64,000 nucleotides of DNA from Antedon mediterranea (GCF_964355755.1 NC_092677.1:23795175-23859174), one strand, 5' to 3'. Shown: positions 1 to 12,016, numbered from the stretch's first letter. Numbers and translations are program-made. Notes: generated from the sequence alone by a model not told the origin.

Positions 1-317
1 GTCAAAAATCCACATGACGAGTTCACCAAAAAAGCGAAAAAAATCACCTTCAAGAGAGATATTTCACTTATTATGTATATTAAGTAGTATTACTATATAT
101 TGAAACATTATAATGTATATTCCTTGTTTGAATACTTTGAAAAGTCAATTAACCTCCCCCCCCCCCCCATGTGTGGAAATGGGTACCTGGTATCGTTCCA
201 GACAGAACATTGCGCTGATTACCAACTTCCATACGTGTTTGATCCAAAAATGACTGGAGTAATAATTATGCATAGCGCTTAGACGTTTTACAACATTAAA
301 TAGGCATTAATATAAAA

Positions 318-407
318 AAGGCCATATACATGGCTGCAGTCGCGTGCTCAAAATTTGAGTTAGCGTTTACCGACCGACCGACCAACCGACCGACATAGTG
401 AGCTATA
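318..407 (+). mobile_element. Helentron/DINE-like non-autonomous element fragment with (CCGA)n microsatellite
   Basis: AAGGCCATATACATGGCTGC...(CCGA/CCAA)n CATAGTGAGC; an inverted second copy lies at 7138-7200. The AACAAG-type start plus tetranucleotide microsatellite resembles HINE/DINE-type elements (family call from recall). Confidence 0.5.
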
Positions 408-989
408 AGGATAATGAAGTTGGGTTAATTGAAATCCTAAATACAAGTTGTAAATAAATAATACCGTTTTCAAATATTAATACCAATATAGTATGTTATT
501 GTTTCTATATACAAGGTTGAACTGATTATTAGGCCATATTCAATATCTTGTGAACTTTAAAGTTCCAATCGTATTGTGTGTGTTTTTAAATTAATATTGA
601 AAGTCAATATCCCGCTCCATAACAAGCATAATTAAAACAAATATAATCACAAATATTTGGATAAAAACATATACATCTTCCTTTAGCATTGGTGTATTAA
701 CAACTTATCTTCTGTAAATAGTATATCTTTGTTTATGTTTTGCCGAATTAGTAGCGTCTTAATCAATATGTGGATAATCCTAATTGTTTTATAAACACAT
801 CGAGAAGGTTTATATTATTTTGAGCCGAAGTCAATGTGTTTATTTGTGCTTCAAATTGATGATTTTATTTCAATTCGACGGCCATGATTTAGTAACGTCA
901 TTGGGTTATTCCATTATACACACCACAAAGTAGACCTGTTGTAACAATTTTGTATTTTAAAAATAAATGTGTTTCGAATGTCCAACGCA

Positions 990-1303
990 GGCCAAGTTTC
1001 CGCAGCCAAAAAAATATTATTTGTTATTTTTAACCAACCAGGTAATTAAAATGTAAAAGTGCGCATGCTCAGTTATTACCAAACAACCAGGTGCCCAATC
1101 ACAACGCAACAATTTGTTCTTCAGGTCGAAGGTTAAAAACTATCGCATTTATCCGATAAATATCTGATTTGAATGAGATAACACGGTTAATTGTTCTCAA
1201 ATGGAATCGATTAAACCCCGTTTCCACAGGCAATTTATCGGTTAAGTATCGGTTAATTTTATCGGTTAATTATCGGTTAATTTTTGGCTGCGGAAACACG
1301 GCC
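990..1303. mobile_element. PIF/Harbinger-like MITE (314 bp)
   Basis: 23-bp TIRs GGCCAAGTTTCCGCAGCCAAAAA / TTTTTGGCTGCGGAAACACGGCC (2 mismatches); 3-bp direct repeat GCA at 987-989 and 1304-1306; subterminal ATCGGTTAA repeats. Confidence 0.8.
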
Positions 1304-1542
1304 GCAGAGAGGTACTGTACATACGCGCAACGCAACTATTTTGACCAATAACATGGATCGGCGGATAATTGAATCGTTTGCCTTTTTTTCCAAGAATGAC
1401 TTTAGCTGCGTGCCAATGGGGGAAAGAGTGCTTAATTTATTTCAGGGAAGAATATTATATATGAGATTCATTCAGCTATTATCCAGCTACCATTTTAATC
1501 ATAAAACAAGTACATTTTTGTCCAGCCTCAAGATAGGGGATG

Positions 1543-1766
1543 ACTAGACCAGAACACAGGAGTAATACCCTTCTCTTTCTGAAAGATGCACTTGGCTTGG
1601 TTTAAATGTTTAAAGTGCACAACAGATCGATGTGTACACGAGACCTTCAGTTTTAAGTAGGCCTACTTTCCGAGAAGACTTGTTCCTTCACCATAAATAA
1701 TAATGGTCGAGCTTGTACCTTGAACCTGTTCCGATACGGTATTATTTGTGGTTCTAACCGCTCGAC
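1543..1766 (-). mobile_element. tRNA-derived SINE with Deu/Nin-like central domain (degenerate)
   Basis: Minus strand: A-box-like GTCGAGCGGTTAG (1766-1754), degenerate B box GGTTCAAG, then TCTTCTCGGAAAG..AAACTGAAGGTCTCGTGT..TGCACTTTAAA..CAAGTGCATCTTTCAGAAAGAGAAGGG..CCTGTGTTCTGG, which resembles the recalled Deu/Nin SINE domain. Confidence 0.6.
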
Positions 1767-4033
1767 TTTTCTTTGGTGGTTACAGCAGTGTCAAAACTTA
1801 CTTGTTTATGTTAATTATAAAATGTACCTCTGCAACTACAATGTGTCACCCTTTGAAAATTTGCCAGGCTGTAATATTATTAAAATGTGTTGTTAAAAAA
1901 AAACATTGTAGACTTTCACCACCACTACTTTTGGTAAATAACATAATTGAAACATAATGATTTAAAATAATCACTATACACAAAAAGAAATTAAGAACAC
2001 ATTCTGGTTTAAATAATATATTTTTTTAACGAATCTGTAGTATTTGAACTAATGTTTCCAAGCTCTATTTTTTTCTTTTTTGTTGTATGTCATCCTATCC
2101 CATTTTAAAATCATATATAATGTAGACAAAACGCTACAATTATTTTGATATTAAATTCGGTACCGGTAATTTTGATCAAACTGTATTGGTTTCTCTCAAT
2201 TAAAACCGTTCAGTAACATGTGATGTATTTGGTCTTATAGCGCGCATATTTTGGTTAGATTCCGCCTGTACCTACGCCGAAATTACACGTGAACACGTTT
2301 TCGACGACACTGGAAGTAAGATAAGTTTGCTATAACGGGTCGAATGTCGTCTAAAAACGTGCAATTTGTCAACGAATCATCTTCGTTGCGTGAGTTTGCT
2401 GTTAGTTCTGTGTGGTCCTGTAATATTGTGTCTGTTCGTTGATACTACCACCTCAATACACCTTGTCACGTGCTGTGATAGGGTCGAGCAAGTACGTTCA
2501 ACTGAAGATGATTCGATAATCTTACTCTTGGTATGAACCTAAGGGGTTGGCGTCATCGACGGTGTAGATTGGCAATATCGATCGTTGGGTTGTTACGTAT
2601 CTTTTAATTGGATCTGTTTAATTTGTATACCAACTTTCTCTGTGCTATTACTCAACTTTTAACAAAAAATGGAATTAAGCTTCTTTGATGTTCATGCCGT
2701 CATTTGTATATCTTTTACCAGAAGTGTTTTTTGTCTTTTGTGGGTTTCCTAATTTTATTTCATTATCTTAACATTGTTTCATAATTTTATACGTTTTCTA
2801 ATCTAATTCATCATAATTACATAATTACAGTATTTGGTTTGCTACATGCTACAAAGTATAACCAAACTAGTTGCAGTATAGGAAGGAATGTAGAAACATT
2901 CAGTCAGATGTATTTTTTTCTTTCATTATTTCATTCCAGACCAACAGCGAATCATCGCCACTAACAGGCTGGTTAAAATATTAATAAAAGCTACTTTAGA
3001 TACAAAATTTAAATCATATATAAAACAAGATGACAATTAATTATTTATTAATATAATATACATCTACATGCACACACTTTTATACTAATTCATTTTTCAG
3101 AATTTTCTTCTGAAGTTATATATATATTATTCAATTACAACTGTACCGAAGTGTGTGTGTGTGTGTTTAAATAATTACAAATTACACAGTGTGATTTTGT
3201 TTACAAAAAGTAATTTCCACCTAATACTGCCTCTTTGTGTTTGTTTACAGTTTCAATCCTTTTTAGAAATCGCTCTCCATCTTAAAAGTTTTTGATTTTA
3301 TGATTAGGCCTACAGTAGAAATATTCCCAAATGTATATATGCTGTACAAAACGATAATAATCTGGCTTCTAAGAATAAAACGATCGATTATATTTGACTG
3401 ATTGATCTCTTTCATTATCATTTCTTTCCATCAGCTTGATTTCCGGTCAATTTGTTGCTGTTTTGTTTTTTTATTTTGCGTAAATGATTTTGCTGGAGCT
3501 GGTGCTGCTCCGTAATTGGCATGTGTCTGATTGCTGGGATCGGAGTTTGTATAGTTTATCCACACATTTTGATAAGCTGATAGACGTTATAAATATTTGG
3601 CAAAAATAAACATGAAATATACAAAAATATACACATATTGATGGATTATTACTGTTTACTGGTTAAGGATGTCTGTTTGGACGTAGGACATTGTGTTTAT
3701 CCTCATTCACTCTTGTTTTGATCATATGGCAGGAGATATTCGTCAAGTTCGAAGAACGTTTCTATTCTTTGATTGGCCAATGGCTGCGAATCCAATAATA
3801 CCAGCCGTGGAAGGCAGTTTCAGCGCACCATACTGATTTTTTTTTATTTGAAAACTATAATTGCTTATTCACAATTCTTCCAAAAATTCTCAAAACAAAG
3901 CTTTACTATTTTGAACAAACTAATAATATCCAACTTCTATTTTCCTAAAAAATGTCGAGGTTTTAGTTAATGTTGTATATATACACTTACACTATAAACA
4001 TAAATACGAAATAAAAGCTCAAATATAATATAC

Positions 4034-4105
4034 CAACTGGGCCCTCTGGGAGACCAGTCTTTGACTGAAGAGGTTACCCAGTATAAATATAAATTTCAAT
4101 TCAAT
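4034..4105 (+). mobile_element. LINE (CR1/L2-like) 3' tail remnant
   Basis: Stem-loop CTGGG..CTCT..CAGTC-TTT-GACTG..AGAG..CCCAG followed by ATAAAT and a (TTCAA)n tail. Confidence 0.4.
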
Positions 4106-4268
4106 ATACACCTGTTGTTCTAATTTACATGTCATTTAAATATATCTGGTATGAACCAACACAGCAGGCGAAGACCAAGAGGTTATGGCGAATGGATATA
4201 ATTATGTTAAACTCAATGCATTCGATATGTTTTATTTTCATGTAAGTTATCATTTTTGTGTTCAGTAT

Positions 4269-4340
4269 TACAGTAGATTTAAGGGAGACACCTTCGTAAC
4301 CTAATAAAGTATGGGTGTCTCAAAGTAGAGGTTCCACTAC
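4269..4340. mobile_element. Tc1/mariner (pogo/Tigger-like) MITE remnant
   Basis: TA|CAGTAG..TTAAGGGAGACACC...GGTGTCTC..TAGAGGTTCCACT; related fragments at 5771, 27835 and 54124. Confidence 0.5.
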
Positions 4341-5770
4341 ACGTATTACATTGTTGTTGTTATGCATTTCCGTCCTTTCTTCAGTCTTTATACATAGGCG
4401 TATGGTGATTGCTTTCTGGGGTGGGGCGGGGTGCGCGATGCGATAATTGTAAATACTTTCCAAAGAAGAAAGAATCTTCTGGTAAGACAATTTTGAAAAT
4501 TAGAGCTGCAGGTCTTCGGAAATTGCACGAAATATAAACGAAATAAAAGTCTCAGGACCATCCATACCATGGTTGGGGCTGAGCTAATATAAAACCCCTG
4601 TGCATGGACTGTACCATTTTCAGAACAAATTATGTTTACATTTAAATGAATTCTAGAGTTAAATAAATTCGTTAAATTTAGCCGTTTTTATTTGTCATGC
4701 TTTAGGGTGACAATACACCTTTAGTAATACACATTTCAGCATCGTTTTAACGTCATTAGTTCATAATTGGTATCACTACCGTAATTAATTTATAAAATAA
4801 TGAAATACTGTAAGAATTACTTCTCGGTCTAGACGATAATTCATGCCCTGGTGTCCGGGCACTCATTTAATAGTTTATTTTTACACGATGTATTGTATGT
4901 TTGGCTATTTGAACGATAAATCCGGGATGTACATAACATGTAAACGTATAGTTGTGTGTAAATAAACTTGTCATTATAGTTCAGTTCAATATGTTGTTCG
5001 TTGGAATAGGCGAGTGAGAATTTTCTATTTGTTGTTTTCCCCGGGCCAAATTGGCTGTCAATAGAGCAGCTTATATTAACAGAACACCCGTACTAATTAT
5101 GTTTGTGTACAGGTTTTCTCGTTTATTCTTCTTTCTTCTAAACTGCTTGTCTTGAAAATTAAACATCTTAGAAATAATGCTCAACCGGTAGTAGACTGGA
5201 GGATTTACCTGGCCCGACATAGGTTTTCATTGAATATGCCTAATAAAGCGTTGCATGAACAGTAACGTAAACACCTAGGGATTTGCAGTCAAAATACAGA
5301 CTTGTTTTATTTTACAATTTGACAAGTTCTGTCAAAATTGATCGACAGTTCTTATTTTCAATTAACAGCTTATTAAACAACTATTCATTGCAAGCGATGT
5401 TTGCCTACGATTTTATTCTGAAGTTTAGTTATAGAGGAAGCAATTAAATGAAAACATTCAAGTATATTAAATTACTCCAAAGCTTAATTCTGCAACAAAT
5501 AAGTTTTGATATTTCACACACTTGAAAAAGAAGTAAAAATAACTAAGTTTTTGTTTAACTTTTTATATGATACTCTACCAAAGTACAAATCAAAACTTAG
5601 GAAATACTTAAATAACCTATTAATAGTTTCCTTGGCGATAATTGTTGGAGTATTACAAATATTATTTTGTGTAGACTGAAGTTTGGTCAAGTTTACTAAA
5701 CATAATATTATCTAAAGTAAAAGCAAAAGATCGAAAATACGTATAGACATTTTATTTTTGATTTTAGGAA

Positions 5771-5815
5771 TACAGTAAGCTCTATTAAGGGGACACCTTC
5801 GGGACCTACAAAATC
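5771..5815. mobile_element. pogo/Tigger-like MITE, left end
   Basis: TA|CAGTAAGCTCTATTAAGGGGACACCTTCGGGACC; closely matches the reverse complement of the right end at 27858-27893. Confidence 0.55.
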
Positions 5816-7137
5816 TTACCTTTAGGGGAAACAAAAAACAGCTACTGTGAACAATAATTTATCTGGAATTGCGAAATTGAAAATAATTAAAACCTTAGCA
5901 TCCAACGTTTCTTAAAAAAATTATAATTCGTTGAAACTGTCAGAATAAAAAAAAATCTTTTGTTTTAGCCTGTACCGTAGGAAGATGCATAACTGTGTAG
6001 TTATCGTCGATTGTTTTTGTCCTTGAATAAATGGCTTTACTGTTTTTTTGCATTTATGTAAATTCATAGAATTTGTTATTAAAGAGTACCAGTATGTGAT
6101 TTATAATTCAATTAATTTGAGATTATTACCATCAGATGACGTGTCGGGAAAAATACACTTTTTATTTATCATTTAAATGCAATGTTTGTATATTCTTTGA
6201 TGTCGAGATACAAATAAATCAAATCCAAATTATTGGTGAAATCTGTCTAAATTTAGATATACCACTTGATAGTTTGATTTAGTTCGCTTTTGGGAATCCT
6301 GTCTCTCTGTATTGTTTGTTATTTTTTTGTTATAATTATGTGAGACGAAATAAATAAAATGAAATGAAATGAAATATACTAATTTATGACGTCATGTGGT
6401 ACCATTTCTTCTGTAATTCAACGCAGTTTCAGTGATTATGTATTTAGGTTCAAAGGTTGATTATAAATGTATATATATATATATATTTATTTTCTGATTA
6501 TCCTCATTATATTTACGTTTGAAATGAGGCTTTATTTTACATGTGCAAACCGTTTCTTCTCGTGATGACAGATTTTGGGTGGTTCCCCCTTCCTTTTTCT
6601 TTTAATCACTAATGCAATACCGTTTGTTAAACTATTGCAGTACCGGTACTGTAAACGGTACCGTAAACTATTAACATAGGTTAGTACTGTTCCTGCAATG
6701 AGTTGTGAACGGGATAGGGCCCACGCGGTACAGTCTGTATTCAGTAATAAACTAGATCGTCCACAGGAAATGATTCTAATGACAGGAGGGAGAGGGGAGT
6801 GGAAGTGCAAAACTCCGCCGTAGTTAAATATTATTTAGTATTTAAAAACAAAGTATAAAATGATATAAGAACACATTTTTGTTAAACCACTGAACTTTTT
6901 TTTTAAATAATTGTATATTGTTAACCGCAGTGACATTTCTTGGTAAATTATCTAGAATTTTTGTATACGAGGATAAATTTCGAACACGCTTGTTGAACTC
7001 GATAACATTTGAGTTGGAGTTGAAGCATTGGGCGGTCTATAGCTATGGTATTTACTGAAAGTTTAATATTAAAGAAGAAATAGATATATTATTAGTAATA
7101 GACCTAATATATAAACAGAAACATAAATAAGTCTTCT

Positions 7138-7200
7138 GCTCACTATGTCGGTTGGTTGGTCGGTCGGTCGATTGCAGGCAGCCATGTATATGGCCTTGTT
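7138..7200 (-). mobile_element. Helentron/DINE-like fragment (inverted copy of 318-407)
   Basis: GCTCACTATGTCGG(TTGG/TCGG)n...GCAGCCATGTATATGGCCTTGTT is the reverse complement of the 318-407 blocks. Confidence 0.5.
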
Positions 7201-7362
7201 TTACAATGAAAAAAAAAACAAGATATCACTTTACTTACACTGATCCGGATACACACAATAATCGATACGAGACCAAGACTTGTGACTTCAGACCTCCGGT
7301 CCCAAATCTTTAACTTTGCTTATTATCAGGGCGAAAACACTTGGAGTTACTTAGGCCTATCT

Positions 7363-7400
7363 CATGGAGAAATAAGTTATGTCTAACGTATTTCTCCATG
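7363..7400. mobile_element. P-superfamily excision footprint / minimal foldback (17+4+17 nt)
   Basis: CATGGAGAAATAAGTTA-tgtc-TAACGTATTTCTCCATG (16/17 inverted match). Right flank is CTTATCT; left flank is CTTA[GGCCTA]TCT, i.e. the same 7-mer once a GGCCTA insertion is removed. Confidence 0.7.
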
Positions 7401-7483
7401 CTTATCTTAAAGTTCGACAGTTAACAACAGAACATTAAAAATAGCACAGTAGGCAATGACAAATGTCAACTTTATCATAAATC

Positions 7484-7489
7484 TTTATT
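7484..7489 (-). terminator. Candidate FoxL1 polyadenylation signal AATAAA
   Basis: TTTATT on + about 460 nt past the stop codon, followed on the minus strand by GT-rich sequence; an alternative site lies at 7644-7649. Confidence 0.35.
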
Positions 7490-7947
7490 TCAAAATGCAT
7501 ACATCAAAATCAAAACCAAGGGAATGCGTACGTATATTGAATGAAAGAAAAATGAGGTGAATTATATAATACATTTTGATATATAAATAAATGTACGCTG
7601 CAAAAAACGTAGCCCTCTAGACTACACACTCTCAAAAGCTAAATTTATTATTAAAAAATGTATTTATATCTTATTTTTAATAAAGTATACCACATACAAA
7701 AAAATCACACTAAAATTTAAAATTATTTAACTGACTGCTATTTTAAAATAAATTAATTACAATTAGGTTTGAAAGTACTATTTAGTAGCATCAAGATAAA
7801 GCAATACACAATATAAAGTTTCTTTGTTATAGGCCTAACACACAATACAAAAAAAATGTTTAGAAAAATATATTTCATTGTCCGTTCATTGTTCTCTCTG
7901 TTATAATATAATATCAATATATGATTGTTTGTGTCGATACATATTAT

Positions 7948-9369
7948 TTAGAATCCAAACACATTTATGGTGTCTCTCTTATAACTCTCCGCTTTCCATT
8001 GTGAAACTCCATATGGAATAGTTACGTAAGTTTGGTGAGGAAGCGATACGTCATGTTGGCTAGGGCACGTCAATTGTGCATACGACGAAGGCGGATAGCG
8101 AACCGACGGGTAAGAACTGTATGCGATCGGGCTACGTGTGTCGTATAAGCTACGGAGTCTGTGAACGAATTCTTGGTTTGGACTTGGTGAGCCTCGGTTG
8201 TATGCTGACGGTATTGTAATATTAAGAGATTCAGATTTACGCGAAACTGGTTGAGTTTTAAGTGGAGGACTGTATGTAACAGTCGCATTTTCCTCCTTCA
8301 CAATTTCCACCTTTTCCGTTAATCTATCAGATTGTTCAAATTGTTTAACTTTCAAATTGTCGTTTGTAGGTTTACTCGACTTCTTAATTTCTTCTTCCTC
8401 GCATGAATGAGATCGCTTTCTTTTCAAACTTGGTTTTCCTAACAGATTTTCAATACTGAAAGAAGTCAATTTATGTGAAGTTGGTGGTTCCGAACGATTA
8501 CTAATTTCGTTTATACAAATTTTTTTTTGAAAGTTTATACGTTCACTTTCGTCATTTGCTTTACATGGTAAAGTTAAATGATTACGTGCTGTACACTCGT
8601 ACCGGTTTTCGTTGCTAGCGTCCTTACCGGAATCCGCGCCATCTCGCAGGCCTAAATTTCCAGACGCACGCTCCACGCAATGATCGCCGTAATCGCGTAC
8701 GTCTGTCCCAGGAGTACGCTTACCGGTGCGGTTTTCGCATGCTTTCCCGGTTACATTGATGTAATCACAGCTTGAGTTCTTATTATTCTCGTCACTTTCA
8801 TTTTCTCTGTCAGATTTGTCCTCATTCGCGAATTCTGATCCACCGTCGTCACTTTTGTCGGTTTCGTCACTGTTGGTTGAATTTGGGAACGCTTTTGGTC
8901 GTCGCTTTCGTCGACGAAAATTTCCGTTTTCGAACATCTCTTCACAATCCGGAGCCAGTGTCCAGTAATTGCCTTTTCCGGGTTTTCCCTTTTCGCGTTG
9001 TAATTTTACGAAACAGTCATTGAGGCTGAGATTGTGTCGTATAGAGTTCTGCCAGCCTTGTTTGTTGTCATGGTAATAAGGAAAGTTATCCATAATGTAT
9101 TGATATATTCCACTTAATGTTAGTTTCTTTTCACTGGATCCACGGATTGCCATAGCAATCAGAGCTATGTACGAATATGGCGGCTTCTGAGGAGTTTCCC
9201 TTCTCTCTAGGGACGGCAACAGTCCAAAATGATAACCGGCAGCTGCGGCAGCCGCAGTAGCGTATGCGTTGTCTCGAAGACCATAAAAACAAGGTGTCGA
9301 ATAAGTTGGAAATTGTATGTGTCCATAATGGTGTGGAAAAGCCTGGTAAAGACTGCTAAGAGAAGCCAT
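7948..9369 (-). CDS. FoxL1: Forkhead box protein L1 (intronless, 473 aa)
   Basis: Complete forkhead domain (about 9189-8898) [18 protein letters not shown]...[27 protein letters not shown]...[11 protein letters not shown]...[15 protein letters not shown], with FoxL1-typical ETPQKPP and YHDN. The ORF track starts at a TTG (9414); the first ATG (9369) has a strong Kozak context (AAGATGG). eh1 motif FSIENLL at 8460-8440; TAA stop at 7950-7948. Confidence 0.95.
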   Translation of the reverse strand: MASLSSLYQAFPHHYGHIQFPTYSTPCFYGLRDNAYATAAAAAAGYHFGLLPSLERRETPQKPPYSYIALIAMAIRGSSEKKLTLSGIYQYIMDNFPYYHDNKQGWQNSIRHNLSLNDCFVKLQREKGKPGKGNYWTLAPDCEEMFENGNFRRRKRRPKAFPNSTNSDETDKSDDGGSEFANEDKSDRENESDENNKNSSCDYINVTGKACENRTGKRTPGTDVRDYGDHCVERASGNLGLRDGADSGKDASNENRYECTARNHLTLPCKANDESERINFQKKICINEISNRSEPPTSHKLTSFSIENLLGKPSLKRKRSHSCEEEEIKKSSKPTNDNLKVKQFEQSDRLTEKVEIVKEENATVTYSPPLKTQPVSRKSESLNITIPSAYNRGSPSPNQEFVHRLRSLYDTRSPIAYSSYPSVRYPPSSYAQLTCPSQHDVSLPHQTYVTIPYGVSQWKAESYKRDTINVFGF

Positions 9370-9469
9370 CTTGAAGCAACTAAGTTGAATATGCTCAGCA
9401 GGCAACTCCGTCAATTTATGTCTGTATCTGTTTCTAGAATGTGTGAAGTTATTATGATAAATAATTAGG

Positions 9470-10450
9470 CTTGTATATGTTAGAGCACTGAGCTAATCCA
9501 CGAACGCCCTCCTGTCACCCGCAGACCGTTTCAGAATAAGCTAACTGGAACGGTAGCAGCGGCTCTTATTCACCTTCTTGTTTTGTCTTCGCGATTTTTG
9601 TTTTAGGATTGTTTAAATGTTTTATGTTGAATTTGGATGACTTTCATAGCGGTATTGAAACCGTAACAATGCTTAAACAAAACAAGTTATATGGTTCCCA
9701 TTCGCTGCCCGTGCGAAACGAACAATACACACTTATCTGCCTATTTCTACAAATTGCGCGCTCAGTCAGCCAATCAGAGAGGAGAATTTCCACAAAGTTT
9801 GTTTATAAAGTTCTAACATCAATTAAGCATGCCCACCCAAGTTGTTTTGTGTCTTGTTTATTTTGAAATTTTGTTGAAAAGAAATTGACCACCCGGTCTG
9901 TATACGACTGGGGTTGTAGAACAGTTGCTTTACGCAAGCAAAAGGAAAGTTCACACTTGCCAAGCCTTCCTTCATTCTAAACACACAGAATGATTGACAC
10001 CGGCAAACTGTTGTATTTCTTGACACTTTGAATAGCCAGTAATTTTTTTACAAAAGGAACAAGTGTTAGTCAACTGTATGGCGATGTTTTTCTTAATCTT
10101 TGTTTTATTTGTACACCTTGTTTTCACGCAGCTAAGAATATCACAGTACTTAAGTTTACATAACGTCGCCTTATTTAACAAAATGTCAAGCGCATTGTAC
10201 GATATTATATTGAAACTTTGTTTAATATCTGAGTGACATAGTTTAATTCGCCGTCGGCTTATTAAAATTCAATAGCAATTTGTAAAGGTAATTTTAATTA
10301 TGCTTGTAAAATTGTTTGCACCTGATTGAATTTTTGTTATAAAATACAATTTTCATTCTTGAGGAGGTGATTGAATGTGGATGGAATGACGAAGTTTAAA
10401 AATAACGAATAAACAGAGCCATTACTCGTCTAAACAAGCATTAAACTAAA
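9470..10450 (-). promoter_or_regulatory. FoxL1 proximal promoter/5' regulatory region
   Basis: Immediately upstream of the ATG with no recognisable repeats; CCAAT box AGCCAATCAG 9768-9777; Gli-type GCCCACCCA 9831-9839 and GACCACCCG 9887-9895; several forkhead-type TGTTT(A/G) cores. The TSS cannot be determined from sequence. Confidence 0.55.
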
Positions 10451-10640
10451 ATAAGTTACTTGACAACACATGTATTATAATTCTATATTCTATCGATAAA
10501 AACTATCTTCTACAATTAAATTAACCTGTCCACAACAAAATGGCCTACCACTGCAGAATATCGTACAAAAATATACAGCAACGCGTTCAAACTGCACCTT
10601 GTAGGCCTATGCAATATAGGCCTATAAATAGGTTAAAACC

Positions 10641-10820
10641 ATCCAGGATTAACATTCAATCTTCCGGATTGACATTCAAGCTTTCGGATTGACATTCAAT
10701 CTTACGGATTGACATTTATTCTTCCAGGTTAACATTCAATCTTCCAGATTAAAACTCAATATTCCAGATTGACATTCAATCTTCCAGATTGATATTCAAT
10801 CTTACAGATTGACGTTTAAC
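10641..10820. repeat. 20-bp minisatellite, about 9 units (CTTCCAGATTGACATTCAAT)
   Basis: Units start every 20 nt from 10641 to 10801. Confidence 0.9.
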
Positions 10821-10850
10821 ATTCCCTGGTTAAAATAATATTTTATATAT

Positions 10851-10886
10851 CATAGAGATATTATAGTTCACTATAATATCTCTATG
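10851..10886. mobile_element. P-superfamily excision footprint (perfect 17+2+17 nt)
   Basis: CATAGAGATATTATAGT-tc-ACTATAATATCTCTATG is a perfect inverted repeat; 7-bp direct repeat TATATAT at 10844-10850 and 10887-10893. Confidence 0.7.
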
Positions 10887-11135
10887 TATATATACAGTAT
10901 AATCATTTTTCGCGAATACGTAAACGTTACAAACACTAGTCTTTTATACGCAAATGTGTCGGGTGAAACTCTTCATGTGTGCGTTGCGTTGAGGAGAAGA
11001 AGTCGAAGAGGGGAAGAGTGTTCAAACAATAATGATATAGGCCTATATCATGACTTTGCTGAACTAATATAAATTGTTGTATAGACCTAAAAATAGGCGC
11101 GACCGATAACAATGAGATTAACCTACCCCTTTTTT

Positions 11136-11323
11136 AATGGCGGATCAAGAAATTGGATTGTATAAAAGCTCAAAGCTCAACATAAAATAATATTTAGGTC
11201 TATAAATAATACCGTAAGAACAACAATTAAATTCTTTTGTGTAAATTTGATCACAATTTGGTCACATTAAACAATTTCAGAGGAGGGGTGCGGAAAACGC
11301 GTCCCTCTTTGGATCCGCCATTG
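11136..11323. mobile_element. hAT-like MITE remnant
   Basis: TIR pair AATGGCGGATC / GATCCGCCATTG, similar to CAGTGGCGGATCC-type ends; no intact TSD. Confidence 0.45.
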
Positions 11324-11714
11324 TCTGTATAGAAAAGATAAATTCAGTTGCACTATATTATCACAGCTTTATATACTATAAAGCATAAATCAGGATGTAT
11401 TCTGTTTAATAAAAGGCGTTTTAAAAACACAACTTGGACTTTATATAAACAACGTCCACAAAAGAGCAATTGTTGCACCCCAGCACCCATGTGCATTTTG
11501 ACCGTATCAATTTCTTTCTTTTCCTGAAGCTCTTCAACAAGCACGTCAATCTTACTTTCTTACTTTGCTGTCATTGCTGTAAAATATAGGACGGTGCGTA
11601 ATACGGTAGCATGACTGACAGGCGTACTCGTGCGCATGCGTCAGCGCAATATTACCAGATTATTAACGTGTTAGACTGACGATCTTTTATGTCCGAATAC
11701 TAATATACCATGCA

Positions 11715-12016
11715 CATTTATATAGCGCTCTGTTCATGGATAAACATGCTCAAAGGCGCTTAACAAATAGTTCATTTTATATAGCGCATATAATAAGCAA
11801 GCTCTCAATGCGCTGCACATTATTACCCCGGGCATTTTTTAGATCAAACACGTATGGAAATACTCCCATAATGCAGCTAGTAACCAGCGCAAGTGTCTTG
11901 ATCTAACCATTTATACACCTGGGTGAAGATAGGTAAATGTAAGTAAAGTATCTTGCCTAAGGATACAACCAATGAGTTGGATTCGAACCACGATCTCACG
12001 ATAATTAATCCAACGT
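11715..12016 (-). mobile_element. tRNA-derived SINE (CORE/Meta-like body, LINE-like tail, duplicated tail)
   Basis: Minus strand: B box GGTTCGAATCC (11989-11979), TGTATCCTTAGGCAAGATACTTTAC..CACCCAGGTGTATAAATGG body, and tails ending GCGCTATATAAA at about 11776 and 11717. Confidence 0.75.

Noticed and set aside
9370-9414. 15-aa N-terminal extension of FoxL1 from TTG
   Set aside because: Non-ATG start from a prokaryote-style ORF caller; the ATG at 9369 has a strong Kozak context.
8070-9468. Short ORFs overlapping FoxL1 in other frames or on the other strand
   Set aside because: Shadow ORFs of the real CDS.
11940-12016. tRNA gene (GGTTCGAATCC B box)
   Set aside because: No cloverleaf; it continues into a SINE body and tail.
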